This document shows positions 20,206-29,672 of a DNA stretch of 64,000 nt, in pieces; the stretch's first letter is position 1, and the number at the start of each line of letters is the position of its first letter. Source of the stretch: Mesotaenium endlicherianum (taxonomy: Eukaryota). Below the pieces are notes generated by a model, which had not been told where the DNA came from, searched no databases, and saw only the letters and a program-made list of their open reading frames with translations. Location of the stretch: positions 62,001 through 126,000 of the forward strand of contig WELA01003621.1 of assembly GCA_009602735.1 (NCBI GenBank), given 5' to 3'. Position numbers and translations under genes: made by a program.

Positions 20206-21501
20206 TCAGGGTTTAAATCGTTCCATCACTTCTTTACCAGTCGCTTCATCCCTACCCTTCAACTCCATGTAAATGATGTTGGGCGACCAGAAAGTACCGC
20301 CTGGGTCGACGCGAATGAAGATCCTGTTCAGCACCACCATTTTCTGGTTGATATGGGTGTAAACGTGGAATTTATTGTCGTGCGTCGATTTCATGAGGTA
20401 TAAAGTCTGCTTTCTATACGATACAAAATGCAGCTTGTATTTGCCGGCCGATTCCATCTGCGACCTGATGCCGTAAGCGAAAATGCGTTGGATATAGTTG
20501 AGCTCCTTTCTCATCCCTCCTTCCGGATAGCGTATCCAGCATACATGCACGGGGTTTTCTTCATCCAGCTCTCCTTTACTGTTCAGGTTCAGCTCACAAA
20601 TGATGGTGTTGGTATTCGACGTTCGTTGCAGGTAAAACAACTGCTTGTCATTGCCTTTGGGAACCGGGAAAGTGTCTTGCGGATCGATCACCGCGGCGCT
20701 TGCAATTGGCTTCACGGTTTTACGGGGCGCTTCATGAGCCTGCGTTGCTATACCCAATACCAGCAGGCCCGCCAGCAGTAGCAGCTTTTGACCTGCATCT
20801 CTATGGTTGAGCGCTTTCCCAGCCTGCCGTAAACGATTGATGGCAGTGAGATTGGTGAGTACCGCCATCACTGTAATGGGAACAGTAAAAATAGACATCG
20901 TTTCCAGCACATGGAAAGAAACACCTGGAATATACCATTTATGATCGCCGCCAATATAATGAGCCGTGATGCCACAGGCAATCGCAGTAATCCCGATCAG
21001 GATCACCCGCTCGGGCCTTTGCATCAACCCATCTTTACACTGTATGCCCAATCCTTCCGCCCTTGCCCTCGTATAACTTACCATCATAGAGCCGATCATG
21101 GCAATGAAAGCAAAAATGGAGCTGAGAAAATAGTGATGCGCCACGAGATAATAACAGATACCGAAGAACATCACCAACTCACTGTAACGGTCCAGCACCG
21201 AATCGTATAAAGCACCAAATGAAGAGCTCATATTTCCCAAACGCGCCACCTGTCCGTCGAGCATATCGAACAGGCCTGCAAACAAAATCAACGCACCGGC
21301 CCAGCCCACATAAGAAAGATCGCCACGGTTTCCGCGTTCACCGCCCCTGATAAAAATAATGGTTACACCCACATTCAACGCGAAACCAATAGTGGTAACA
21401 GCATTGGGGGTGAGTCCTGCTTTGATCAACAGTTTCACAAAAGGGTCTATCACAACATAAATGCCTTTCTGCAATCTTACTCTAAGCGGCGCCTTTTCCA
21501 T
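20206..21501 (-). CDS. CDP-alcohol phosphatidyltransferase (PIP synthase-like) fused to a C-terminal DUF4833-like domain
   Basis: Signature DMLDGQVARLGNMSSSFGALYDSVLDR, then a hydrophobic signal-like segment and a domain beginning QLFYLQRTSNTNTII...WIRY (DUF4833-like, recognised by eye). Confidence 0.8.
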   Translation of the reverse strand: MEKAPLRVRLQKGIYVVIDPFVKLLIKAGLTPNAVTTIGFALNVGVTIIFIRGGERGNRGDLSYVGWAGALILFAGLFDMLDGQVARLGNMSSSFGALYDSVLDRYSELVMFFGICYYLVAHHYFLSSIFAFIAMIGSMMVSYTRARAEGLGIQCKDGLMQRPERVILIGITAIACGITAHYIGGDHKWYIPGVSFHVLETMSIFTVPITVMAVLTNLTAINRLRQAGKALNHRDAGQKLLLLAGLLVLGIATQAHEAPRKTVKPIASAAVIDPQDTFPVPKGNDKQLFYLQRTSNTNTIICELNLNSKGELDEENPVHVCWIRYPEGGMRKELNYIQRIFAYGIRSQMESAGKYKLHFVSYRKQTLYLMKSTHDNKFHVYTHINQKMVVLNRIFIRVDPGGTFWSPNIIYMELKGRDEATGKEVMERFKP

Positions 21502-21581
21502 GAATCATGCACTTTTCAATACAAAATAAAAATATATTAACCAGAAAGCTGTAATCATCAACCACAGCTTTCCAACTCGTT

Positions 21582-24143
21582 TTAAAAATCGAACTTGAAC
21601 CTGGTCCGTACACCGATCGTAGCGATATAAGGATTGTTCAGGTAAGTGAATCGTTTCACCAGGTCTACCCTGATCAGTTTGAATATATTACCCACTCCTA
21701 CACTGCCTTCGATATAAGGTTCTTTGGAAAGTGAGAAACTCGTTGTAGTTCCTTCCAGGGAAGGAAACTTGATCAAAGCAGGGTTCAGGTTGGGATTGTT
21801 TTCATCCCGGACACCTCCGTACAACACTTTCACCGACAACAGTTCCCTCAATTTGAGCTTTCTCATCAAAGGGATCCGGTTAAAGATCAACCCATTGAAA
21901 TGGTGATCGATCGTAACACCTGCATAGTGGTCACTTACGAACTCCATAAAGTTCATCAGGTTATATGAATTCAACTGGTAAGCATAAGTCTGGTTGGCAC
22001 GGTGAATGGTCATAAGTGGATAAGGAAGCTGTCCGAAAATAAAACCGCCCTCCAACACCAGGTCGCTGTAACCCAACTGCGACATATAAGCCCTCTTTTC
22101 TACCCGCAGGTTCAGGTTCTGGTAATTGTATTCACTACCAAACAATCCTTTCACACCTGCCGTAAAACGCAGTGTTAAAATGGGATATTTATTGATGATG
22201 GGAATACGATACACTTTACCCTGGTAAAATTGTTCATGCGGCGCCCAGCGCAATTCACCGGAAAGTTCGGTGGTGGTGATATGATCTACGGCCACCGTCC
22301 CGGTACTATCTACTTTGCTATAACTGATAGCTCCCGCGGGTTGGTGTTGCCAATGCTTGAACCCAAAAGTGTACGACAAATGGCTGGGCAGTTCATGTAT
22401 GTATTCCAGTTTGAAGATATCGTTGTACAATAGTTTATCGTTCTTACCTCTTTTGAAAGACAACAGGAAATTATCTTCCGATACAAACTGCAATTCCTGG
22501 CCGGGTATCTTGGTATCTTTCTGGTAGCTGGCCCTGATGAAGTTCAAAGGGTATTCATAGATCGATTTATTGTTGATGGAATAAGTTCCGCTGAGGAAAT
22601 ATTTCCATTTCTCATCTTTGAATCCATAAGCGCCATAAGTTTCAAAATAAATGCGTTTGCTCATCTTAGGCGTGGTTCTGCCGCCCAGTCTCAACTTGAA
22701 TCCTTCAATGGGATTGAAACTGTAGAACGCATTAACAGGTCCTACTTCAAACGGACCAAAAGAGGTATACCCCGCAACCAGCAAAGTAGCAATAGCCATA
22801 GCTCTCCGGAACGAAGGCATTTTTTCCAGGCTATCGATATTGCTGTATATCTTCGATTCGGTATGTGTAAGTGAGTCGTGACGGTTGGCCAGCCAGAAGC
22901 TGTCGGTATGCAGCCCGGCCTTATCCAGTTTTACCAGTGAAGGTCCATTGTATATGCTATCAGACAATGGTTTGTTCACTACATAGTTCTTATACGATAC
23001 AGTTCTGCTGCCATAAAAACCGCTGGCCCCCGATTTGGTAATACCGGCTTCGGCCATCACACTGCTTTTCTTGATATGGTAACGGCTATCCTCGCTTTTT
23101 TCAAAATCAAGGTCGATATGCAGTTCACGCACCCAGTTCAGGTTGGCGTTTTTGCTGATGAACATATTCAGTTTCTGAACGGCATAGTTTCCATCGAGCG
23201 TGATGTACATATTACCCCTGAAGAGCAGGTCGTTGGTATTCCTGGGTGTGAAATACATTTTGATCAGCTTCCTGCCATTCTCATCGGTTACTGTATCCTT
23301 GATATAATACATGTAAAACGTGGGACCGAGATCGGCAATGGGGCTCAGGAACTGGTACGTGAAAAGCGGGATATTGTTGTCGTATATATCCACATCCATT
23401 ACCAACCTGTTCAGGTAACTGCTTACTCCTTGGTTATCGATGTATTCACCAAAGTTCACCTGCTTCTGGCCGGTGACAATGGTTTTGGTTTTTTCTGGAT
23501 TACGGCGATAATATTTTTTCGACAATGTCTCTTCCAGGTAAACCGGCATCAACGATTTGCCGCGAACAGATACAGTATCCTTGTTATCGAATAAGAACTG
23601 GTACTTGCGCAACAGTTTGCTGTTCGTTATTTTTTCGGGAATACTGCTGAGTGATACTTCCAGTTTTTCGTACTGGTCGTATTGGAGATAATTATACCGT
23701 TCCATGCGGTTGATCGGTTTATTTTCGATCACGCGCCTGATGAGCTCAACCGCCGGGTTATTCTTATTCCTGTATTTCGCCCGCTTATTAGTAGTAACGG
23801 TTACATTGTTCACGGCACGGGGGTCCGTCTCCATTTCGAGGTTGATGGTTTGCTCCTTACCTATTGCAATAGGTCTTGAAATGGTGATATATCCTACATA
23901 AGAAATCTGAATAGTAGGATTGGAAATCTTACCAGTTGATTGGAGTGTATAATTACCCAGACTGTCGGTAACTGTTCCGCGTCCTCCTTTGAATACCACG
24001 CTCACATACTGCAGTGGTTGTTTGGTAACTGTATCAACGACCTTTCCTTGTATCACGGTTTGTGATACTGCTGCATAAGCAAAGCCCAACAACAAGAACA
24101 GTAAGGAAAATAAATATTTTATCAGGGTCCTTTTCCTTTCCAT
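21582..24143 (-). CDS. Outer-membrane protein with N-terminal carboxypeptidase-regulatory-like domain and DUF5686-type barrel
   Basis: Signal peptide, GKVVD...SYVGY domain, YRNKNNPAVELIRRVI and FNPIEGFKLRLGGRTT motifs, and a C-terminal Phe beta-signal (FKFDF). Confidence 0.8.
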   Translation of the reverse strand: MERKRTLIKYLFSLLFLLLGFAYAAVSQTVIQGKVVDTVTKQPLQYVSVVFKGGRGTVTDSLGNYTLQSTGKISNPTIQISYVGYITISRPIAIGKEQTINLEMETDPRAVNNVTVTTNKRAKYRNKNNPAVELIRRVIENKPINRMERYNYLQYDQYEKLEVSLSSIPEKITNSKLLRKYQFLFDNKDTVSVRGKSLMPVYLEETLSKKYYRRNPEKTKTIVTGQKQVNFGEYIDNQGVSSYLNRLVMDVDIYDNNIPLFTYQFLSPIADLGPTFYMYYIKDTVTDENGRKLIKMYFTPRNTNDLLFRGNMYITLDGNYAVQKLNMFISKNANLNWVRELHIDLDFEKSEDSRYHIKKSSVMAEAGITKSGASGFYGSRTVSYKNYVVNKPLSDSIYNGPSLVKLDKAGLHTDSFWLANRHDSLTHTESKIYSNIDSLEKMPSFRRAMAIATLLVAGYTSFGPFEVGPVNAFYSFNPIEGFKLRLGGRTTPKMSKRIYFETYGAYGFKDEKWKYFLSGTYSINNKSIYEYPLNFIRASYQKDTKIPGQELQFVSEDNFLLSFKRGKNDKLLYNDIFKLEYIHELPSHLSYTFGFKHWQHQPAGAISYSKVDSTGTVAVDHITTTELSGELRWAPHEQFYQGKVYRIPIINKYPILTLRFTAGVKGLFGSEYNYQNLNLRVEKRAYMSQLGYSDLVLEGGFIFGQLPYPLMTIHRANQTYAYQLNSYNLMNFMEFVSDHYAGVTIDHHFNGLIFNRIPLMRKLKLRELLSVKVLYGGVRDENNPNLNPALIKFPSLEGTTTSFSLSKEPYIEGSVGVGNIFKLIRVDLVKRFTYLNNPYIATIGVRTRFKFDF

Positions 24144-24148
24144 AACAA

Positions 24149-24520
24149 CTATTTAAACACGAATCTCTTTTGCATCAGGTAATTATAGGTAGCGCCTATA
24201 ACTACTGATACCAGCATCTTCGACAACACATAATTTATTCTTCCATAGTTCGTAACTACATATACACCACCCGAAACCAATACCAGGTTGCCCATCCATA
24301 CGAGCAGGTATTTGATCGCCTGTATAGGAATGCCTTTCTCCGTTGCCTTGAATACCCATCTCCTTCCCAGCATGAAGTTGGCAACTCCTCCGCTGATGGT
24401 ACCGATCACACTTGCAGCCAGGTACCAGCAGTAAAACACTTCCACCAAAATGATGGTGACAGCGAAATCCACTATGGTGGCGCCCAGCGAAGCGGCCTGT
24501 GCTTTTATAAAAGTAACCAT
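24149..24520 (-). CDS. GtrA-family small membrane protein
   Basis: 123 aa with about four TM helices and RRWVF / KRFVFK motifs. Confidence 0.85.
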   Translation of the reverse strand: MVTFIKAQAASLGATIVDFAVTIILVEVFYCWYLAASVIGTISGGVANFMLGRRWVFKATEKGIPIQAIKYLLVWMGNLVLVSGGVYVVTNYGRINYVLSKMLVSVVIGATYNYLMQKRFVFK

Positions 24521-24523
24521 CGT

Positions 24524-24976
24524 TTAAAACAAGTTGAACCACAACACAAGTTGGAGCAGCAGGTTACTGTATATACCTGCAACCACATCATCGGCCATCA
24601 CACCCCAGCCTCCGGGCAGTGATTCTGTTTTACGGATCAGCAGCGGTTTTACAATATCAAAAAAACGGAACAGGATCAGTCCTGCTACCACATACCAAAA
24701 TTTTACCGGCACGAACAACAGCGTAACACACATACCTGCCACTTCATCGATCACTACACGGCTGCTGTCTTTTCCCCAATCTTTTTCGGTCTTCGATGCA
24801 ACCCAGGTGCCTGCAAAAACAACGATCACTGCAACTATGAGACCAGTCGTGTAGCCCGCTGTTTTCAGTGGGGTCAGGTACCATACTGCGGCAGTTAGCG
24901 CAGCAGCAATGGTACCTCCTCCGCGAACATATCCTATTCCAAAGCAACTGGCGACCAGTTTACTGATGGTGATCAT
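24524..24976 (-). CDS. Phosphatidylglycerophosphatase A-family phosphatase (probable PIP phosphatase)
   Basis: Motifs VVIDEVAG, FRFFDIVKP and GGWGVMADDVVAG. Confidence 0.9.
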   Translation of the reverse strand: MITISKLVASCFGIGYVRGGGTIAAALTAAVWYLTPLKTAGYTTGLIVAVIVVFAGTWVASKTEKDWGKDSSRVVIDEVAGMCVTLLFVPVKFWYVVAGLILFRFFDIVKPLLIRKTESLPGGWGVMADDVVAGIYSNLLLQLVLWFNLF

Positions 24977-26298
24977 AATGCTTCAACCAGGTCCTGGTAA
25001 TAATCCAATCCCAGGTGGGTGATCAGGTCTTCTCCCATAAGATGACGCAACGTATTCTGCAACTTGATCAACTGTTTGAAAATATCATGTTCCGGTCTCA
25101 GGCCTGGCGCTGTTTGCGGCGATTTGAAATAGAACGATAACCATTCCTGGATACCTGTCATACCTGCGCGCTTGGCAAGGTCCATGAACAATGCCAGGTC
25201 AAGCACGATAGGAGCTGCCAGGATAGAATCGCGACAGAGGAAGTTGATCTTGATCTGCATGCCATATCCAAGCCATCCGAAAATATCTATATTGTCCCAG
25301 CTCTCTTTGTTATCACCGTGCGGAGGATAATAATTGATGCGCACTTTATGATACAGTTCTCCATACAATCCTGGATTAATCTCCGGTTGTAAAATATCTT
25401 CCAATACACTCAGTTTAGATACTTCTTTTGTTTTGAAATTATCCGGATCGTCCAGCACCAGTCCGTCCCTGTTACCCAATATATTGGTAGAGAACCAGCC
25501 GCGAACACCCAGTGCTCTTGCGTGCAAACCTGGAGCCAGTATGGTTTTCATCAATGTTTGTCCGGTCTTGAAATCTTTTCCGCCAATCGGTGTATCGGTT
25601 TCTTTGGCCAACTGTATCAATGCAGGTATGTCGCAAGTGAGGTTGGGAGCGCCGTTCGCAAAAGGTATACCCATCCTGATGGCGGCATAGGCATAGATCA
25701 TGCTGGGCGATATGGCTGGATCGTTATTTTTCAATCCTGCTTCGAAAGCTTCGATGCTTTCGTGCACAGCCGATTGTTCAATGTATTTCTCGGTTGAACC
25801 ACACCATACCAGCACCACCCTGTTACAACCATTGGTCTTGCTGAACTGCTCGATATCGGCAGCCACTGCTTTGGCCAGGTCGTATTTGGTAGGCGCTTCT
25901 TTGATATTATGTCCGTCGAGATTTTTGACATAAGATTTATCAAACACGGCTTTCATGGGTACGATGACCTCCAGCTCCGGCTTGATGGCCTGTAACAAGG
26001 CAGGCTCCAGCACTTTTGCTTTCATGGCTGCTTCATACACATTATCGTCGTATACATCCCATCCGCCGAAAACTACGTCCTGCAGGTTGGCTAAAGGAAC
26101 AAAATCCTTGATCAGCGGGTACCTGTTTTCCGTGCGCTTACCCAAACGAATATTTCCCATCTGCGTAAGCGCCCCGATGGGTTGGGCCAGACCCTTGTTT
26201 ACGGCTGCTACCCCGGCAATGAATGTGGTGGCTACGGCGCCTAAACCGGGCAGCAGTATACCCAGTTTACCATCCGCTGATTGAATCTGTTCTTTCAT
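24973..26298 (-). CDS. ino1: myo-inositol-1-phosphate synthase (MIPS)
   Basis: Motifs GLGAVAT, GKDFKTGQT, NILGNRDG, GDNKESWD and RDSILAAP. Confidence 0.93.
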   Translation of the reverse strand: MKEQIQSADGKLGILLPGLGAVATTFIAGVAAVNKGLAQPIGALTQMGNIRLGKRTENRYPLIKDFVPLANLQDVVFGGWDVYDDNVYEAAMKAKVLEPALLQAIKPELEVIVPMKAVFDKSYVKNLDGHNIKEAPTKYDLAKAVAADIEQFSKTNGCNRVVLVWCGSTEKYIEQSAVHESIEAFEAGLKNNDPAISPSMIYAYAAIRMGIPFANGAPNLTCDIPALIQLAKETDTPIGGKDFKTGQTLMKTILAPGLHARALGVRGWFSTNILGNRDGLVLDDPDNFKTKEVSKLSVLEDILQPEINPGLYGELYHKVRINYYPPHGDNKESWDNIDIFGWLGYGMQIKINFLCRDSILAAPIVLDLALFMDLAKRAGMTGIQEWLSFYFKSPQTAPGLRPEHDIFKQLIKLQNTLRHLMGEDLITHLGLDYYQDLVEAL

Positions 26299-26337
26299 TT
26301 TTTATGTATTTACCGTTCAATAAATCCGCCAATCAAC

Positions 26338-26967
26338 CTATGATAGAACGATTGGCGGCTGTGTATATTTTACTTTTTTAAGTCCGCGTATCAGAATCGA
26401 AACAATGGATCCTATCCGCGCCTCCATTTTAGTGTATTTATTGTTGATGAACATGTCGCGCTCTATGCCGCGCAGCGAGCTCACCATAACCGAGGGTAAC
26501 AGGTCTAGCTCCTTACCGATACTACTGTCGAATTCGCCATTGGCCAGTCCGAATGAAAGGATACTCTTCATCAGTTTGGTTTCCTGCTGGTCGTATGCGA
26601 GGTACATGTGTTTCATGCACCGCATATTCTCCTGTAATTCGCCCCTGACGATCTTATAAAGATTTGATTTTTTTTGCAGCGCCTTGATCTTGGTAACGGC
26701 AAACATTTTCAGCTTCTCCTCTGCGGTAACTGCATGGTTCACAGCCTGCATCACCTGGTGGAACACTTCATCCATTTCCTTCATGATCACCGCATCGAAT
26801 ATTTCTTCCTTGCTGCAGAAATAATAATACAATGTGCTTTTCCCCTTACCCAGTGCTTTGGCAATATCTTCCATCGTGGTCTTTTTAAGACCATATTGCT
26901 GGAAAAGCTTCTGCGCTACTTTCAGTATCTCTTCCCTGATCAGTTCGTCTTTGGGTGAGGTGATCAT
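26338..26967 (-). CDS. TetR/AcrR family transcriptional regulator heading the inositol lipid cluster
   Basis: HTH segment LFQQYGLKKTTMEDIAKALGKGKSTLYYYF. Confidence 0.92.
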   Translation of the reverse strand: MITSPKDELIREEILKVAQKLFQQYGLKKTTMEDIAKALGKGKSTLYYYFCSKEEIFDAVIMKEMDEVFHQVMQAVNHAVTAEEKLKMFAVTKIKALQKKSNLYKIVRGELQENMRCMKHMYLAYDQQETKLMKSILSFGLANGEFDSSIGKELDLLPSVMVSSLRGIERDMFINNKYTKMEARIGSIVSILIRGLKKVKYTQPPIVLS

Positions 26968-27000
26968 TTTCGACTAAAATCGTTTTTCGGTCCAAAATTA
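26967..27000 (-). promoter_or_regulatory. -7 promoter box with an imperfect inverted repeat (candidate TetR operator)
   Basis: TAATTTTG at 27000-26993 on the minus strand; arms ttttcgactaaaa and tttcggtccaaaa match at about 10 of 13 positions. Confidence 0.4.
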
Positions 27001-27037
27001 GTGCAAAACTTTTTCCCGGCACAACCGTTTATCAAAA

Positions 27038-28111
27038 TCATCCGTTCTTGGAGGCAAAATGGCGCATCAGGTCGCAGAAGGTCTGTACGCTTTCCAGCGG
27101 GAGGGCATTGTACATGCTGATCCTGACGCCACCCACAGTACGGTAGCCTTTAACGCCGATCATGCCCTCCTGTTTGCAAAGATTCAGGAAGCTTTCTTCG
27201 AGAGAGGGTTTCTGTAAAAAGAAAATGGCATTCATCCAGCTGCGGTCTTCTTTGGCAACTACCGGCTGGTACACTTCCTGCAGGCTGTCGAGTGTATTGT
27301 AAAACAAGTCCGCCTTCGCGCGGTTCCTTTTCTCCATTTCGGGCAGTCCGCCTTCGTTCAATATCCAGCGCAGCGTAAGCATGCTCACATAAACTGCAAA
27401 AACCGGTGGTGTATTCATCAGCGATCCGGCTGCAATGTGTTTGCTGTAGTCCATGATGGCAGGTATCTTCCGGGATACCTTACCCAGCACGTCTTTGCGA
27501 ATGACAGTCATGTTCACACCGGCGGCTCCCATATTCTTTTGCGCGCCTGCATAAATGAGCGCGAATTTGTTGAAGTCCATCGGCCTGCAAAAAATATCAC
27601 TGCTCATATCGGCCACCAGCGGTACTGCTGTTTGCGGGAACTGGTGCCACTGTGTACCTTCCACTGTATTGTTGGTAGTGATATGTAAATAGCTGGCATC
27701 GGAAGGAATAGCAAAATCTTTCTGTATATAACTGTGTTTGCGGTCAGACGTATCAGACACTACCTGCACCTTTCCAAACAAAGCCGCTTCTTTGTGTGCC
27801 TTGTTTCCCCAGATACCATTATCGCAGTATGCGGCCATGGCATTTTCATCCAGCAGGTTCATCGGTACCTGCATGAACTGTGTGGTAGCGCCTCCGTGCA
27901 GAAAAAGCACTTCATGGTCATCGCCCAGTTGCATCAATGTTTTTACGGAGCTAATAGCTTCATTCAATATTTCCTGGAACCAGGCGGTACGATGACCGAT
28001 TTCCAGAATAGACAATCCAGTGCCATTGAAATCGAGGATAGCCCTGGAAGCTGCTTCCAATACGGGTTGTGGCAGGATCGAAGGTCCTGAATTGAAGTTG
28101 TGAAGTTTCAT
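27038..28111 (-). CDS. serC: Phosphoserine aminotransferase
   Basis: Motifs NFNSGPS, HGGATTQF, ADMSSD, YAGAQKN and NTPP. Start set at MKLHNF. Confidence 0.95.
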   Translation of the reverse strand: MKLHNFNSGPSILPQPVLEAASRAILDFNGTGLSILEIGHRTAWFQEILNEAISSVKTLMQLGDDHEVLFLHGGATTQFMQVPMNLLDENAMAAYCDNGIWGNKAHKEAALFGKVQVVSDTSDRKHSYIQKDFAIPSDASYLHITTNNTVEGTQWHQFPQTAVPLVADMSSDIFCRPMDFNKFALIYAGAQKNMGAAGVNMTVIRKDVLGKVSRKIPAIMDYSKHIAAGSLMNTPPVFAVYVSMLTLRWILNEGGLPEMEKRNRAKADLFYNTLDSLQEVYQPVVAKEDRSWMNAIFFLQKPSLEESFLNLCKQEGMIGVKGYRTVGGVRISMYNALPLESVQTFCDLMRHFASKNG

Positions 28112-28149
28112 TTCGGTTGCTTGAGGCCGCAAGATACTATATTCTTCAT

Positions 28150-28179
28150 TTTTGCTCCGGACTAAAGTCCGGAGCAAAA
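28150..28179. repeat. Third copy of the REP-like palindrome family
   Basis: ttttgctccggact-aa-agtccggagcaaaa has 14 bp arms and the same CCGG.CT..AG.CCGG core as the copies at 3606 and 3820. Confidence 0.8.
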
Positions 28180-28827
28180 TTATTCATGCACATCTGTTAC
28201 ACCACCCGATACCGCATACTTCATAGCATCTGCGGCGCTCACCTTATCGATGAGGCGGATATGATCGCGGGGAACGATATACGTAATGCCCGATATGGCA
28301 TAAGAATGCGGCACATACACCGTTACATGATCGGCAAGATCGAATTCACGAGCCGATTGCTGCGTCATGAAACCGATACGCCATACATTGGGCGCATCTA
28401 CATTCACCAGAACGGCTTTGTCGAATTTTTTCTTATTACCTGCAAAAGCTTCCAGGAAATCTTTCACCGACGAATAAATGAATTTGATACCCGGTGTTTT
28501 TTCCAATACGGTATCCAATACCGCTACCAATCTTCCCACCACGAAAAGTGATGACAACCATCCTACCAATAATACCAGGGCCACTACCACCACAAAACCC
28601 AGGCCAGGCAGACTGGTCACATTGCCAGCTATGTCTTTTTTTAACAGATCGGGAAACAAGGCATTCACCAGGTTGGGTAAAAAGCCGTCTACCAGCTTGA
28701 AAAGGCCCACTACTACCCACAATGTGATGCCTATCGGCGCCAGTACGATCAACCCTTGTAAAAACAACTGCAAAAGTTTCTTCAGATAGTTGCGTACATT
28801 GGGTTTCAGCCTGCTCATGGCATTCAA
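28180..28827 (-). CDS. DUF502 family membrane protein
   Basis: FLQGLIVLAPIGIT, PGIKFIYSSVKD and VYVPHSYAISG pattern. Start may be 28818. Confidence 0.85.
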   Translation of the reverse strand: MNAMSRLKPNVRNYLKKLLQLFLQGLIVLAPIGITLWVVVGLFKLVDGFLPNLVNALFPDLLKKDIAGNVTSLPGLGFVVVVALVLLVGWLSSLFVVGRLVAVLDTVLEKTPGIKFIYSSVKDFLEAFAGNKKKFDKAVLVNVDAPNVWRIGFMTQQSAREFDLADHVTVYVPHSYAISGITYIVPRDHIRLIDKVSAADAMKYAVSGGVTDVHE

Positions 28828-28984
28828 TTTGTATGCAATCTACAGAAGATTTCTTAATAGCACCGGAACCGTTCTTTTCAAAAAGCGGCCATTAAAATAC
28901 AATATTGGATAAGCTGGTACGTCTCCCAGTTTGCGTTCATCTTATTTTTCAACCGTTCAACACAAAAAATGAGGAAAAAAGGCC

Positions 28985-29021
28985 GGAAACTTTAGCAACG
29001 ATTAAAGTTTCCATAGTTTTA
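28985..29021 (+). promoter_or_regulatory. Candidate TetR operator overlapping the promoter of the efflux operon
   Basis: Perfect 10 bp inverted repeat ggaaacttta-N8-taaagtttcc (28985-29012), just before a TAGTTTTA -7-like box. Confidence 0.65.
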
Positions 29022-29039
29022 CAGCCCGAAATGCGAGTC

Positions 29040-29672
29040 ATGGACATACAAGAAAGAATTGTACTGAAAGCACACGAGCTGTTTATGCACTATGGTATCC
29101 GTAGCGTAAGCATGGACGAAATTGCCAACCACCTGGGCATGAGCAAAAAGACCATTTACCAGTTTTTTGCCGATAAAGATGCGCTGGTGGAAAGTGTGAT
29201 AGACATTGAGATCAGCAGGACCAGGGAGGACTGTACCGCTTACCGCCAGAAATCAGAGAATCCCATTCATGAGATTTTCCTGGCCGTTGAAATGCTGCAA
29301 GAGTTACTCAAAAGCATGAATCCATCGCTAATGTTCGATCTTGAAAAATATCATGCCAGGACTTTTCAGAAAATCAGCGAGCACAAGAACCGCTTCCTGT
29401 ACGATGTGATCAAAAGCAACTTGGAAAAAGGCATTAGAGATGAGTTGTACCGGCCCGAGATCAATACGGATATCATGACCCGTTACCGGCTGGCCACTAC
29501 ATTCCTTTTGTTCAACCCGGCGTTGTTCTCTCCAGGAAAGTATACATTGCCGCAGGTGATGGAAGAGATCACGGATAATTTTTTATACGGACTGGTAACG
29601 GCGAAAGGACTGAAGCTCATCCAGAAATACAAGCAACAACGATTAAAGACAAAAAATGTAATCTATGAGTAA
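29040..29672 (+). CDS. TetR/AcrR family transcriptional regulator
   Basis: HTH segment YGIRSVSMDEIANHLGMSKKTIYQFF. Start set at MDIQERI (29031 is also possible). Confidence 0.92.
   Translation: MDIQERIVLKAHELFMHYGIRSVSMDEIANHLGMSKKTIYQFFADKDALVESVIDIEISRTREDCTAYRQKSENPIHEIFLAVEMLQELLKSMNPSLMFDLEKYHARTFQKISEHKNRFLYDVIKSNLEKGIRDELYRPEINTDIMTRYRLATTFLLFNPALFSPGKYTLPQVMEEITDNFLYGLVTAKGLKLIQKYKQQRLKTKNVIYE

Noticed and set aside
21544..21572. Hairpin gaaagctgt...acagctttc inside the inositol operon as a terminator
   Set aside because: It has no immediate U tract on the coding strand; at most an mRNA stabilising or processing stem.
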